A model generated the notes under the pieces. That model ran no database searches, was not told where the DNA came from, and worked only from the letters and a program-made list of their open reading frames with translations. Made by a program: the position numbers and the translations under genes. A DNA stretch of 64,000 nt from Candidatus Latescibacterota bacterium (GTDB taxonomy: Bacteria > Latescibacterota > UBA2968 > UBA8231): NCBI GenBank assembly GCA_965203175.1, contig OZ241867.1, positions 3,808,001-3,872,000 of the forward strand, written 5' to 3'. Of this stretch, positions 11,071-19,740 are shown one piece after another (position 1 is the stretch's first letter; every line of letters begins with the position of its first letter).

Positions 11071-11213
11071 GGGAGAGGTCGGCTGATTGCATAGAGTACG
11101 TCTATGTACTTGAACTCGCAGCCGATTTGGCGTCCGCCAACCAGTCCACTTCGAATATTCTGAACCCACATACATCCTTGTTTTTTTGAAGTGTCGCTTT
11201 AAATTTTCAAGGT

Positions 11214-12404
11214 ATGATTCCACGCCGGACCCATAGAATCGTTGCCAACGCCTTGAGCCGCCAAGCAGCGGTCGCCCTAATCGGGCCGCGTCAGGTTGGC
11301 AAGACGACGCTCGCTTACGAGATCGCCGAGCGTACAGACGCGCTATACCTAGACCTTGAATCGAGTGTCGATCGGGCGAAACTCGCCGATGCGAGGTTTT
11401 TTCTCGCCGAGTACGAAGATCGTTTAGTCGTTCTCGATGAGATCCATCGTGCGCCCGGGCTATTTCCCGAGCTCCGTGGCATGATCGACCAAGGCCGGAG
11501 ACGCGGCAAGCGGACGGGGCGGTTCCTAATTCTCGGATCGGCGTCCGTAGATCTGCTTAGACAGTCGGGGGAGAGTTTGGCTGGACGGATCGAGTACGTG
11601 CCGCTCAACCCATTCGACGTGCTGGATGTGTCGCCGGAGGTCGCGTCCACGACCGAACTGTGGGTGCGCGGTGGATTTCCAGACAGTCTTCTGGCAGCGA
11701 GCGGCGATGACAGCCTAATTTTTCGCCGCAACCTGATTCGCACCTACTTGGAACGAGACGTATCCGAATTTACCGGACGGCGCATACCAGCCGAGACGCT
11801 GGAGCGGCTGTGGACCATGCTCGCGCATGGCCAAGGTGCGCTGCTTAATGCATCGAAGCTAGCCGCTAGCTTGATGGTCAGTAGCCCAACGGTGGCCGGC
11901 TACATTGATTTGCTGGTTGATCTGTTGTTGGTGCGCCGCCTGCGGCCGTTCCACTCCAGCACTGGAAAGCGCCTCGTTAAGTCTCCCAAAATTTACATCC
12001 GAGATAGTGGTCTGGTTCACGCCCTACTCGGCCTTGATAGCCACAATGCACTCATTGGCCATCCGGTCGCCGGTGCTAGTTGGGAAGGGTTTGTCATCGA
12101 GAACCTGTTAGCGGCGGCCCCACCCGGAACCGCCGCGCACTTCTACCGCACCCAAGCCGGGGCCGAGATTGACTTGGTATTGGAGTTGCCGGGAGAGAGC
12201 GCACCTTGGGCCATCGAAGTCAAACTGGGGTTGACGCCTAGCATTGGTCGCGGGTTCTACAACGCCTGCGAGGACGTCGCGCCGCAACGAACCTTCATTG
12301 TTTACTCAGGGGATGACCGCTACCCGCTATCAACGGACGTCGAAGCGATTGGTCTGCGGGCTATGACTAAGTTACTCTGTGAGCAAGTGCGCGGCAGTGA
12401 TTGA
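11214..12404 (+). CDS. AAA+ ATPase (AAA_14) with DUF4143 C-terminal domain
   Basis: Walker A GPRQVGKTT, Walker B VLDEIH, ESLAGR, RGGFP, KRLVKSPKIYIRDSG, WEGFV, YRT..GAEIDLV, IEVK. Confidence 0.9.
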   Translation: MIPRRTHRIVANALSRQAAVALIGPRQVGKTTLAYEIAERTDALYLDLESSVDRAKLADARFFLAEYEDRLVVLDEIHRAPGLFPELRGMIDQGRRRGKRTGRFLILGSASVDLLRQSGESLAGRIEYVPLNPFDVLDVSPEVASTTELWVRGGFPDSLLAASGDDSLIFRRNLIRTYLERDVSEFTGRRIPAETLERLWTMLAHGQGALLNASKLAASLMVSSPTVAGYIDLLVDLLLVRRLRPFHSSTGKRLVKSPKIYIRDSGLVHALLGLDSHNALIGHPVAGASWEGFVIENLLAAAPPGTAAHFYRTQAGAEIDLVLELPGESAPWAIEVKLGLTPSIGRGFYNACEDVAPQRTFIVYSGDDRYPLSTDVEAIGLRAMTKLLCEQVRGSD

Positions 12405-12428
12405 ATCCTATACCACGACTAGCGAAAA

Positions 12429-12983
12429 TTATCCGCGTCTAAATTGTCCCGCCAAGTTGAGAGAGAATCCCGCCAACGTCGGCGAAGCCAAGGTTTGCCC
12501 CTCCCCGTAAGTGCCGATAGTCTCAAAGCGGTGTTCGCCTAATAATAGCACCATCGCGGTTTTTGCATTGGGATCCACAAGCCAGTATTCCTTCACGCCG
12601 TGACGGGCATACAGATCGAGCTTGAGCGTTCTATCGCGCTCGGCCGTGGATGGCGACAGGACTTCGACGATTAGGTCGGGTGCGCCTTGAATGTTCTCGC
12701 GGGTGACGATGTGCGCTCGCTCAGAGGAGACGAACAGCAGGTCTGGTTGCACTACATCCGTGTCTGAAAGCACCACATCGGTGGGGGAAATGTACACCTC
12801 CCCCAAGTTGTGCTCATCTGAGAATAACCTCATTGCAAGATGGAGATTACCCAAGACGTACTGATGAGCCGTAAGCGGTGCTGGCTCCATAACCAACAAC
12901 TCTCCGTCCAACAGTTCGTAGCGTTCGTCGTCGGGCGTTTTCAGATAGCTCTCGTATGTAAGTTTGGTTTCTGTGCTCGCCAT
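12429..12983 (-). CDS. Uma2 family (PD-(D/E)XK-like) putative endonuclease
   Basis: RYELLDGEL, VQPDLLFV, GAPDLIVEVLSPST, DRTLKLDLYARHGVKEYWLVDP; ATG at 12983 behind GGAGGA. Confidence 0.92.
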   Translation of the reverse strand: MASTETKLTYESYLKTPDDERYELLDGELLVMEPAPLTAHQYVLGNLHLAMRLFSDEHNLGEVYISPTDVVLSDTDVVQPDLLFVSSERAHIVTRENIQGAPDLIVEVLSPSTAERDRTLKLDLYARHGVKEYWLVDPNAKTAMVLLLGEHRFETIGTYGEGQTLASPTLAGFSLNLAGQFRRG

Positions 12984-13058
12984 AGTTGCATTCCTCCACT
13001 GACGGTCTGATTTATCTATACTGTGAATGTCGTGCAATGGCAACCCTTCCGTGGCCTG

Positions 13059-13679
13059 CTACTGCATCGGCACAAAGCGCACGGGTAGGAGTTTGCGCTG
13101 GCTGAGGCTGGTTGCGCTGCGCTCTACTAAAACCAAGTGCTGGCGTTGGGTGCCTAGCGGGAGAATGAAACGGCCGTTCGGCGCTAGTTGTTCAGTTAGA
13201 GCGGGTGGGATGGTCGCGGGTGCGGCCGAGCATACGATGGCGTCAAAAGGGGCGGCCTCGGGCCAGCCCATGCGGCCGTCGCCGACGCGGAGGGCGACAT
13301 GTTCATAGCCTGTATCGGCGAGCACACGACGGGCCTGTGCGGCGAGCTGGGAAAAGAATTCAATGCTATAGACTTGCCCGGCCAGTTCGGCGAGTAGGGC
13401 GGTTTGGTATCCAGAGCCGGTGCCGATCTCCAAGACTCGGTCTTCGTCCCGTAGGCCGAGAGCCGAGAGCATGTAGGCCACTACGTACGGCTGTGAGATG
13501 GTCTGGTCCGCGCCGATGGCTAGCGGGTGATCGGCATACGCGTGGGAGCGCAGGGCCTCTGGGACGTAGCAATGCCTTGGGACGCGGTCAAACGCCGCGA
13601 GTACGCGCGGGTCGCGAATGCCGCGCTGGCTGAGTTGCTCGCGCACCATAGCGCGGCGTTGGTCGGCGTAGGAAGTCAT
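13059..13679 (-). CDS. pcm: Protein-L-isoaspartate(D-aspartate) O-methyltransferase
   Basis: VPRH, QTISQPYVV, VLEIGTGSGYQTA, GDGRMGWPEAAPFDAI, VRFVPM. Confidence 0.96.
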   Translation of the reverse strand: MTSYADQRRAMVREQLSQRGIRDPRVLAAFDRVPRHCYVPEALRSHAYADHPLAIGADQTISQPYVVAYMLSALGLRDEDRVLEIGTGSGYQTALLAELAGQVYSIEFFSQLAAQARRVLADTGYEHVALRVGDGRMGWPEAAPFDAIVCSAAPATIPPALTEQLAPNGRFILPLGTQRQHLVLVERSATSLSQRKLLPVRFVPMQ

Positions 13680-14572
13680 TGTGCGCTCTGGAGAAGGGCT
13701 ATGGCAGCGTCTATTGCGGTCTCAGTGGGGATTGCAGCGATGTCGGCGGCCGGTGCTTGCAGGACTTGGCTGTGCTTGCTGCGCGGTGCCCACAGCCGGG
13801 GGGCGGTGGGGCCAAACAGCGTCAGGGTTGGGGTGCCGACGGCTGCGGCTATGTGCCCGGGGCCGGAGTCGTTGCCGATGAAGAGCGCGGCTTTGGCGAG
13901 CAGGCCGGCGAGGGAACGCAGGTCTGGGGGATGGAGCGTGGGCAGGCCGCCGACTGCGAACTGGCGTTCGCGTTCAACTGGGCCGCACAGGAGCGCGATA
14001 TGCCAGCCTCTTTTTTGCAGCGCACTGGCGAGGGCGTGGAAATTTGCCGGGGGCCAGCACTTGGCTGGCGAGCCGCTGCCTAGGTGGATGACGACTTCGG
14101 GCGCGGAGGGAAGCGCATCCACATAGCCGTAGTCGCCGGGTCGCAGTTCGATGTGCGGGGTGCGGTCGCAGACGGGCAGGTCCCATTGCCGCAAGGGACT
14201 TAGCAAGTGATCGACGATGTGCCCACGGAAATTAGCTGGGGGTCGCGGGTCCCACAGCAGCACGGGGCCGGCGACGGCTCGGCGCAGTTGCGGGCCGAAG
14301 TGTTGTTGGGCATCGACCGCGTAGGCTAGCACGCGCTGCGTAGCGGCGAAGAGCTGGCGCGTGGCCGGGGGAAGGGGCCCATCGCGGTGCAGGGGAATCA
14401 AGCGCGGGTCTTCGCCGTCGAGGATGGAGGCCGCGGGGCCGAGCGCTAGGGTCGCCGGGCGGCCGATGAGGCGCAAGCCGGCGGGAAAGGCCCGGCGCAC
14501 AGCATCGATGGCAGGCAGGGTGAGGACGAAATCTCCGATGGCTCCGCCGCGAAATAGGGTTATCGCGCTCAA
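13676..14572 (-). CDS. Glycosyltransferase family 9 (heptosyltransferase-like)
   Basis: GAIGDFVLTLPA, HLGSGSPAKCWP, FIGNDSGPGHIAAAVGTPTLTLFGPT. Confidence 0.9.
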   Translation of the reverse strand: MSAITLFRGGAIGDFVLTLPAIDAVRRAFPAGLRLIGRPATLALGPAASILDGEDPRLIPLHRDGPLPPATRQLFAATQRVLAYAVDAQQHFGPQLRRAVAGPVLLWDPRPPANFRGHIVDHLLSPLRQWDLPVCDRTPHIELRPGDYGYVDALPSAPEVVIHLGSGSPAKCWPPANFHALASALQKRGWHIALLCGPVERERQFAVGGLPTLHPPDLRSLAGLLAKAALFIGNDSGPGHIAAAVGTPTLTLFGPTAPRLWAPRSKHSQVLQAPAADIAAIPTETAIDAAIALLQSAQ

Positions 14573-14598
14573 TTTTGCCGCTCCACTGCGGGAGTCTC

Positions 14599-14663
14599 TT
14601 GCTCACTATGACATTTTTGCGTAATTTTTACACTTCTGTTTGCTAGACAACTATTTGAAGGAG
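14599..14663 (+). promoter_or_regulatory. Putative promoter (TTGCTC-N17-TAATTT) and RBS AAGGAG for rplC
   Basis: TTGCTC 14599-14604, TAATTT 14622-14627, AAGGAG 14658-14663 in an AT-rich divergent intergenic region. Confidence 0.45.
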
Positions 14664-14671
14664 TTGGCCTT

Positions 14672-15289
14672 ATGGGGGCCTTGATTGGCAAGAAATTGGG
14701 AATGACGCAGGTGTACAACGACCGCGAGGATCTCACGCCGGTGACGATCGTCGCGGCGGGGCCCTGCCCGGTGGTACAAGTGCGAACTGAAGAGGACAAT
14801 GGATATTCGGCTTTGCAACTCGCATTCGACGAAGTGCCAGAGCGCAAGCTGACCAAGCCGCAAAAGGGCCATCTGGACAAGGCCGGTGTGAGCGGACACC
14901 GCATCCTGCGCGAATTTCGCGGCGAAGAGGGCGAGTTCGAGGTCGGCCAAGTCTTGGACGTGAGCCAGTTTGAAGTTGGCCACCGAGTCAAAGTGACGGG
15001 CAAATCCAAGGGCAAGGGGTTTGCCGGGGTGGTCAAGCGGCACGGTTTCCGCGGCAAGAACGCCAGCCACGGCACGCCCGATACCATACGCCACGGCGGC
15101 TCCATCGGCCAGGGCACGACGCCGGGCAAGGTGTGGAAGGGTAAGAAAATGTCCGGCCAGATGGGCAACAAGCGAGTCTCCACCAAGGGGTTAACCGTCG
15201 AACGGATCGACGCGGATCGCAACTTGCTTTTCCTCAAGGGGGCGGTGCCGGGGGGAGTCAACGGCTACGTCCTGATACAGACCATTTAA
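14672..15289 (+). CDS. rplC: 50S ribosomal protein L3 (uL3), stand-alone
   Basis: LIGKKLGMTQ, GYSALQL, VTGKSKGKGFAGVVKRHGF, GSIGQGTTPGKVWKGKKMSGQMG, LKGAVPG. Confidence 0.97.
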   Translation: MGALIGKKLGMTQVYNDREDLTPVTIVAAGPCPVVQVRTEEDNGYSALQLAFDEVPERKLTKPQKGHLDKAGVSGHRILREFRGEEGEFEVGQVLDVSQFEVGHRVKVTGKSKGKGFAGVVKRHGFRGKNASHGTPDTIRHGGSIGQGTTPGKVWKGKKMSGQMGNKRVSTKGLTVERIDADRNLLFLKGAVPGGVNGYVLIQTI

Positions 15290-15313
15290 GCCCCCTGCTT
15301 TGAGAGTGCTTGC

Positions 15314-15348
15314 GAGGCGATGCCCGGTGTGGCATCGCCTCTTTTTTT
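15314..15348 (+). terminator. Rho-independent terminator after rplC
   Basis: Perfect 11-bp stem GAGGCGATGCC / GGCATCGCCTC, 6-nt loop, then T7. Confidence 0.9.
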
Positions 15349-15739
15349 ATCCAGGAGGCCACTGCATGGGGCGGCCGCCGAGCAAGTGGACGTGGAGGTG
15401 GGCCACCGTTTGCCCTCCGTCGTCGCCGGCGTTGATGACCAAGCGGTAGCCCGCTGCGGCTAGGCCCTGCTCTTCGGCGATCTGGCTGGCCTTGAGCAGC
15501 AAGTGGCCGAGCAGGGGGCCGTGATCGGGAGCGGCGTACTGCACGCCAGCGACGACTTCCTTGGGGATGACGAGGATGTGCGTCGGAGCTTGGGGTTGGA
15601 TGTCGCGAAAGGCCAGACAGTCGTCGTCCTCATAGACAATGTCGGCGGGAATTTCGCGGCGGATGATTTTGCTGAAAATAGTTTCACCGCCTGAAGGCGG
15701 CGGGAAAAGCGTTTCCTCGTTCATCGGCCTTTCTCTCAT
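15347..15739 (-). CDS. Histidine triad nucleotide-binding protein (HinT/PKCI family)
   Basis: TIFSKIIRREIPA, AFRDIQPQAPTHILVIPK, GQTVAHLHVHLLGGRPMQWPPG; start may be the ATG at 15724. Confidence 0.93.
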   Translation of the reverse strand: MRERPMNEETLFPPPSGGETIFSKIIRREIPADIVYEDDDCLAFRDIQPQAPTHILVIPKEVVAGVQYAAPDHGPLLGHLLLKASQIAEEQGLAAAGYRLVINAGDDGGQTVAHLHVHLLGGRPMQWPPG

Positions 15740-15816
15740 GGCTTAGGGATTGGGTTGCGGCGGATTATAGGCGCAGCGGCTGGAAACGTCAAGCGAACTG
15801 CTGCGATTGCGCTACT

Positions 15817-16533
15817 ATGGATTTGAGCATCGTCATACCCGCGTACAACGAAGAGAAGCGGATTCTCATCGCCTTGGAGCAGACGCTCGCGTTGCTACAG
15901 CAGCGTCCGTGGTCCTGTGAATTGCTGGTTGTAGATGACGGCAGCACCGACCGCACGGTCTCCTGTGTTGCGGAGTACGCCCACGCGCACCCGCAGGTTC
16001 GCTGCGTGCAAAATGATCGCAACCGAGGCAAAGGCTATTCCGTGCAGCACGGCGTGGCCGAGGCCCAAGGCCGGTACATCGGCTTTATGGACGGCGACTA
16101 CAAGACCGACATCGCCGCGCTCGATCAGGTGATGCCTCTATTGGAAGCAGGGTGGGACGGAGCGATCGGCGACCGGACGCTGAGCGCGACGGAATTCGTC
16201 GTCGCGCGCCGACGCTATCGGCAGTGGGGGACCGAGGCGTTTGGCTGGCTCTTGCGCGCGCTGATGGGCTTGGGCGAGTTCGGCGATACGCAGTGTGGGT
16301 TTAAGTTTTTTCAGGCCGAGGTAGTGCGCGATCTTTGCGCGCGGCAGCAGATCGCTGGGTTTATGTTCGACGTGGAGCTACTGCTGCTGGCGCGCCAATC
16401 GGGCTACCGCATCGCAAAGATTCCTGTAAAATGGCGTTTCGACCCAGACAGCCGCTTTAATCCGGTGACCGGGACGCTGGCCAATCTCAAGGATTTGGCG
16501 CGGATCCGTTGGGTGCATCGCCGTCGGCCTTGA
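15817..16533 (+). CDS. GT2 polyprenol-phosphate glycosyltransferase (Alg5/DPM1-like)
   Basis: SIVIPAYNEE, VVDDGSTD, NRGKG, FMDGD, DTQCGFKFF, FDVELL. Confidence 0.88.
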   Translation: MDLSIVIPAYNEEKRILIALEQTLALLQQRPWSCELLVVDDGSTDRTVSCVAEYAHAHPQVRCVQNDRNRGKGYSVQHGVAEAQGRYIGFMDGDYKTDIAALDQVMPLLEAGWDGAIGDRTLSATEFVVARRRYRQWGTEAFGWLLRALMGLGEFGDTQCGFKFFQAEVVRDLCARQQIAGFMFDVELLLLARQSGYRIAKIPVKWRFDPDSRFNPVTGTLANLKDLARIRWVHRRRP

Positions 16534-16537
16534 GCGG

Positions 16538-18832
16538 TCAAATGCTGTCGTCAATCTCGCGGATCAAAGCGGCTAAGCGCCCTAGGCATACGGTGAGAAA
16601 AATCTCTTGGGCAACGGGCGACTCTTGCCGCACCGGGCTGTTGATGAAGCGGCCGATGGCGATGAGGACTACGTACACCGAGAGTACATCATAGGCTTGG
16701 TCACTGGTGGCAGAGAGTCCGTCGCGCACGGTGCGCACGACCTGCCGCATGGCCTCGACTAGCGCCTCGGCCTTTTCCTCTTCATAAGCGACTACCACCT
16801 CCCGGCACAGGGCCTTTAACTGCGCGCGGTCTTCGGTGTCGATACAGTGAGCCGCGCCCAAGGTGTCCGTTGCTCGGCGCAGCAGGCGGGTGATGGCGGC
16901 GACGCGGTCAGTATCCTCGCGCGAGAGCAAGCGGTAGAACTGGTCGCCAGCGCCTAGTGCGCGGCAGACCCCGTTGAGTAGCTGTAAGCGCACGGCCGGG
17001 GAGGGGAAGTCGGGCAAGTGGCCTAGCGCAGGTCTGACGATGCGGCGGTCCTGACGATCGCCGAGGACGTCGACCAGCGTCGGGAACGTCAGAGGGTCGA
17101 AATCGCTGCCAAAGTGCCAGAATAGTAGCTCGTGGACTTCGTCCCCACGGAGGCTGGCTAGGCCGCGGATAGCGCTGATGCGCACCCGGGGATCGGCGTC
17201 GTCCAGTGCCTCGACCAGCGGATCGATGCTCGTGGAGGATCCGAGGCGGCCTAGGGCCTCGGCGGCTTCGCTGCGGATGTCCGAGGCCCCGTCGAGCAAC
17301 TCGCGCACCAAAGGTTCGGTGGCGCTTTCCGACCGGCTTTCGCCCAAGGCGCGGGCCGCGGCGCGGCGCACCCGGGGGCTGGCGTCGGCCAGCGCCTGGA
17401 CCAATTGCTCAATGGCGAGGGGGTTGCCCGAACGGCCTAGGGCCTCGGCCGCGCGCGCTCTGGTTCCCTCGGCCGTGGCTAGGCTGAAAATGGTGGCGTT
17501 GTACGCGTAGCTGAGAACATTACCGCGCAGCATCCGCGAGAGTAGGCTGCGCGAAGTTGCGCTCCGTGCGTCCTTGACAGTGCGGAGGATGAACAAAGGC
17601 ACTAGCCGGACCAAGGCGCTGAGGGCAAAGATGACTTGCAAATCGCCCATGGGCACGCCGAACACGGAAAAGCTCAAGCCCTCTAATTGGGCGACGAGCA
17701 GGCCGCCCAACAAGGGGCCGAGCGCACCCATTAAGTTGACCGTCACCGACCAAGTTGCTAGATACATCGTGCGTCTCTCGCCTTGAGGCAGCAGACCGTA
17801 GAGCAGGGGGTTGATGCCCACTCCGATCCCGGAGAATAGAATGCCGCTCAGGACCAAGGCCACAGGTACCAAGTGGTAAGCCCCTGGCTGATTAAAGGTC
17901 CAGATAAGAGGCAGGAACGCGGCCGGCGTCATCAGAATTTGCAGGACAGGTCTGGCACCGAAGCGGTCGATGAGGCCAGCCCAGAGCCGGTAGCCAGCAA
18001 TGCTGGTCAGCATGAACAGGGCGTTGAAAATCGAGACCTCGGTATAGGAGATCTGCAGGCGGTCGAGCATGAAGACGCTGTAGAGCGGTCCAGCTAGCCC
18101 AATGCCAAAAGTCCACAGGCCAAAAAAGAGAGCGGCGCGGCGGAAGTTGGCGTCGTAGAAGGGCTGCACGAGGTCGCGCAAGCGCGTGCTTTGTTCGTCG
18201 CTGGCGGTTGTCTGTTGGGGAAAGGGGGCGCGGAGGAGGTTTAAGTAGCCCAAGAATCCAAAGAGCGACCCGGCGGCAAAGACCCAGACAAAGCCGCCTC
18301 CGTCGGGGAAAAGGTCGAGGAACTGGCCGATCGCGAAACCGGCAATCATAGCTACTATGGTACTGACGATGGTCTGGCGGCTGGCAAAGCGCGCGCGGAT
18401 ATTCTCCGGCACGGCGTTGGCGATCCAAGTGCTGTAAAAGGGAGAAATCGCATAGCCGCCGAACATGCTGAGGCAGACCATGGCGACCAAGGCTGGAAGA
18501 CGGTACTGCTCTGGGACGAAGAGGGGGATGATCAGCGGTAGCCCGCGGAAGGCGATTTCCACGTAGCCACCAACGACGACAAAGCGCTTCTTGTTGCGGA
18601 CGCGGGCGCTCAACAGGGGAGCGAGCAATTGCGTCAAAGCGAGGAAGTACGCGGCAGAGGTGAAGAGGGCGATAAAGGCACCGTCGGCACCTAAGTACAG
18701 CGCAAAGCCGGTAAAGGCCGCCGTTCCCAACCCGCAGGCTTGCCCCCAAGCACCCCACAAGCCGCTGGCGACGACGAAGGACCGGAGGGCGCGATGCACT
18801 TGGCCGCGCGAGAGAGAAGGTGCATTTTGCAT
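16538..18832 (-). CDS. MFS-type transporter fused to C-terminal HEAT (PBS-lyase-like) repeats
   Basis: About 12 TM N-terminal region with GLIDRFG; repeats RARAAEALG, VRRAAARALG, IRSEAAEALG, VRISAIRGL. Confidence 0.85.
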   Translation of the reverse strand: MQNAPSLSRGQVHRALRSFVVASGLWGAWGQACGLGTAAFTGFALYLGADGAFIALFTSAAYFLALTQLLAPLLSARVRNKKRFVVVGGYVEIAFRGLPLIIPLFVPEQYRLPALVAMVCLSMFGGYAISPFYSTWIANAVPENIRARFASRQTIVSTIVAMIAGFAIGQFLDLFPDGGGFVWVFAAGSLFGFLGYLNLLRAPFPQQTTASDEQSTRLRDLVQPFYDANFRRAALFFGLWTFGIGLAGPLYSVFMLDRLQISYTEVSIFNALFMLTSIAGYRLWAGLIDRFGARPVLQILMTPAAFLPLIWTFNQPGAYHLVPVALVLSGILFSGIGVGINPLLYGLLPQGERRTMYLATWSVTVNLMGALGPLLGGLLVAQLEGLSFSVFGVPMGDLQVIFALSALVRLVPLFILRTVKDARSATSRSLLSRMLRGNVLSYAYNATIFSLATAEGTRARAAEALGRSGNPLAIEQLVQALADASPRVRRAAARALGESRSESATEPLVRELLDGASDIRSEAAEALGRLGSSTSIDPLVEALDDADPRVRISAIRGLASLRGDEVHELLFWHFGSDFDPLTFPTLVDVLGDRQDRRIVRPALGHLPDFPSPAVRLQLLNGVCRALGAGDQFYRLLSREDTDRVAAITRLLRRATDTLGAAHCIDTEDRAQLKALCREVVVAYEEEKAEALVEAMRQVVRTVRDGLSATSDQAYDVLSVYVVLIAIGRFINSPVRQESPVAQEIFLTVCLGRLAALIREIDDSI

Positions 18833-18933
18833 AGTGAAAAAATATCGTTGCGATGGCAGAAATGGGCAACGAATGTTGCCCGTAGTTCTCTGTTTGACTT
18901 TAAGTTAGCCCACGCGAACAAAGGAGGCGAATT

Positions 18934-19740
18934 ATGGCACTCAAGATGGGATACGCGACCCTGCGCTGGCGGCAGCCGGATTTGGCAAAGGCTCTGCCCG
19001 AGCTCAAAAAGGCCGGTTGGGACGGCTGGGAGGGACGGTTGCCTCTCGACTGGCTGGGGCCGCCGCAGCGGCTGAAGCAAGTGTGCGAAGACGCGGATAT
19101 GCCGCTGTGCGTATTTACGGCTAGTGGCTCGCCTGAAGACCGCGACTGGGAGCACACGGAGCGCAACAAGCGGCGGATGGATTTCGCCGCGGAGATGGGC
19201 GTGGATTGCTTCATGTTTATGAGCGGTCGCAAGCCAGAGGGACGGCCAGCGGAACGCGCTGATATCGAGCGGGCGGCCGAGGGGGCCGAGCAATGGGCCG
19301 AGTACGCCGCTCAGTACGGGCTGGAGCTAAGCTACCACATCCACACCAACTTGCTGGTGGATTCGGCCGAGGATTGGCGGCTGTACATGAGTTTGCTGGA
19401 CAAAACGCGGCTGTGCATTGATGTCTCGCACGCCGAGTTGTGGGACTATGATCCGGTGCAGTCGCTGACGGACTTTTGGGATCAGCTCAACTACGTCCAC
19501 CTACAGGATTATACGTCTTGCACGGTGCGCGAGCCGGGACGCTACAATCCCGAGTGGGTTTCAGTCGGCGAGGGCGAGTGCCTCGACTTTGCCGGGGTGC
19601 TCAACACGCTCGCCGAGCGGGGCTTTGATCGCTGGGTGACCAGTTGTCCAGGCGAGCCGGCCTACGAGGGCGAGGACCCAGTCAGCGAGGCGCGGCGGAG
19701 TGCGGGGATGCGCCAGTATTTGCGCGGGTTGGGGTACTAG
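18934..19740 (+). CDS. Sugar phosphate isomerase/epimerase (xylose-isomerase-like TIM barrel, IolE-like)
   Basis: GWDGWE, LSYHIH, LCIDVSH, YVHLQD, VGEG..DF; RBS AAGGAGG at 18921-18927. Confidence 0.8.
   Translation: MALKMGYATLRWRQPDLAKALPELKKAGWDGWEGRLPLDWLGPPQRLKQVCEDADMPLCVFTASGSPEDRDWEHTERNKRRMDFAAEMGVDCFMFMSGRKPEGRPAERADIERAAEGAEQWAEYAAQYGLELSYHIHTNLLVDSAEDWRLYMSLLDKTRLCIDVSHAELWDYDPVQSLTDFWDQLNYVHLQDYTSCTVREPGRYNPEWVSVGEGECLDFAGVLNTLAERGFDRWVTSCPGEPAYEGEDPVSEARRSAGMRQYLRGLGY

Noticed and set aside
14569-15261. 230-aa ORF antisense to rplC
   Set aside because: Typical antisense shadow of a codon-biased ribosomal protein gene; no motifs.
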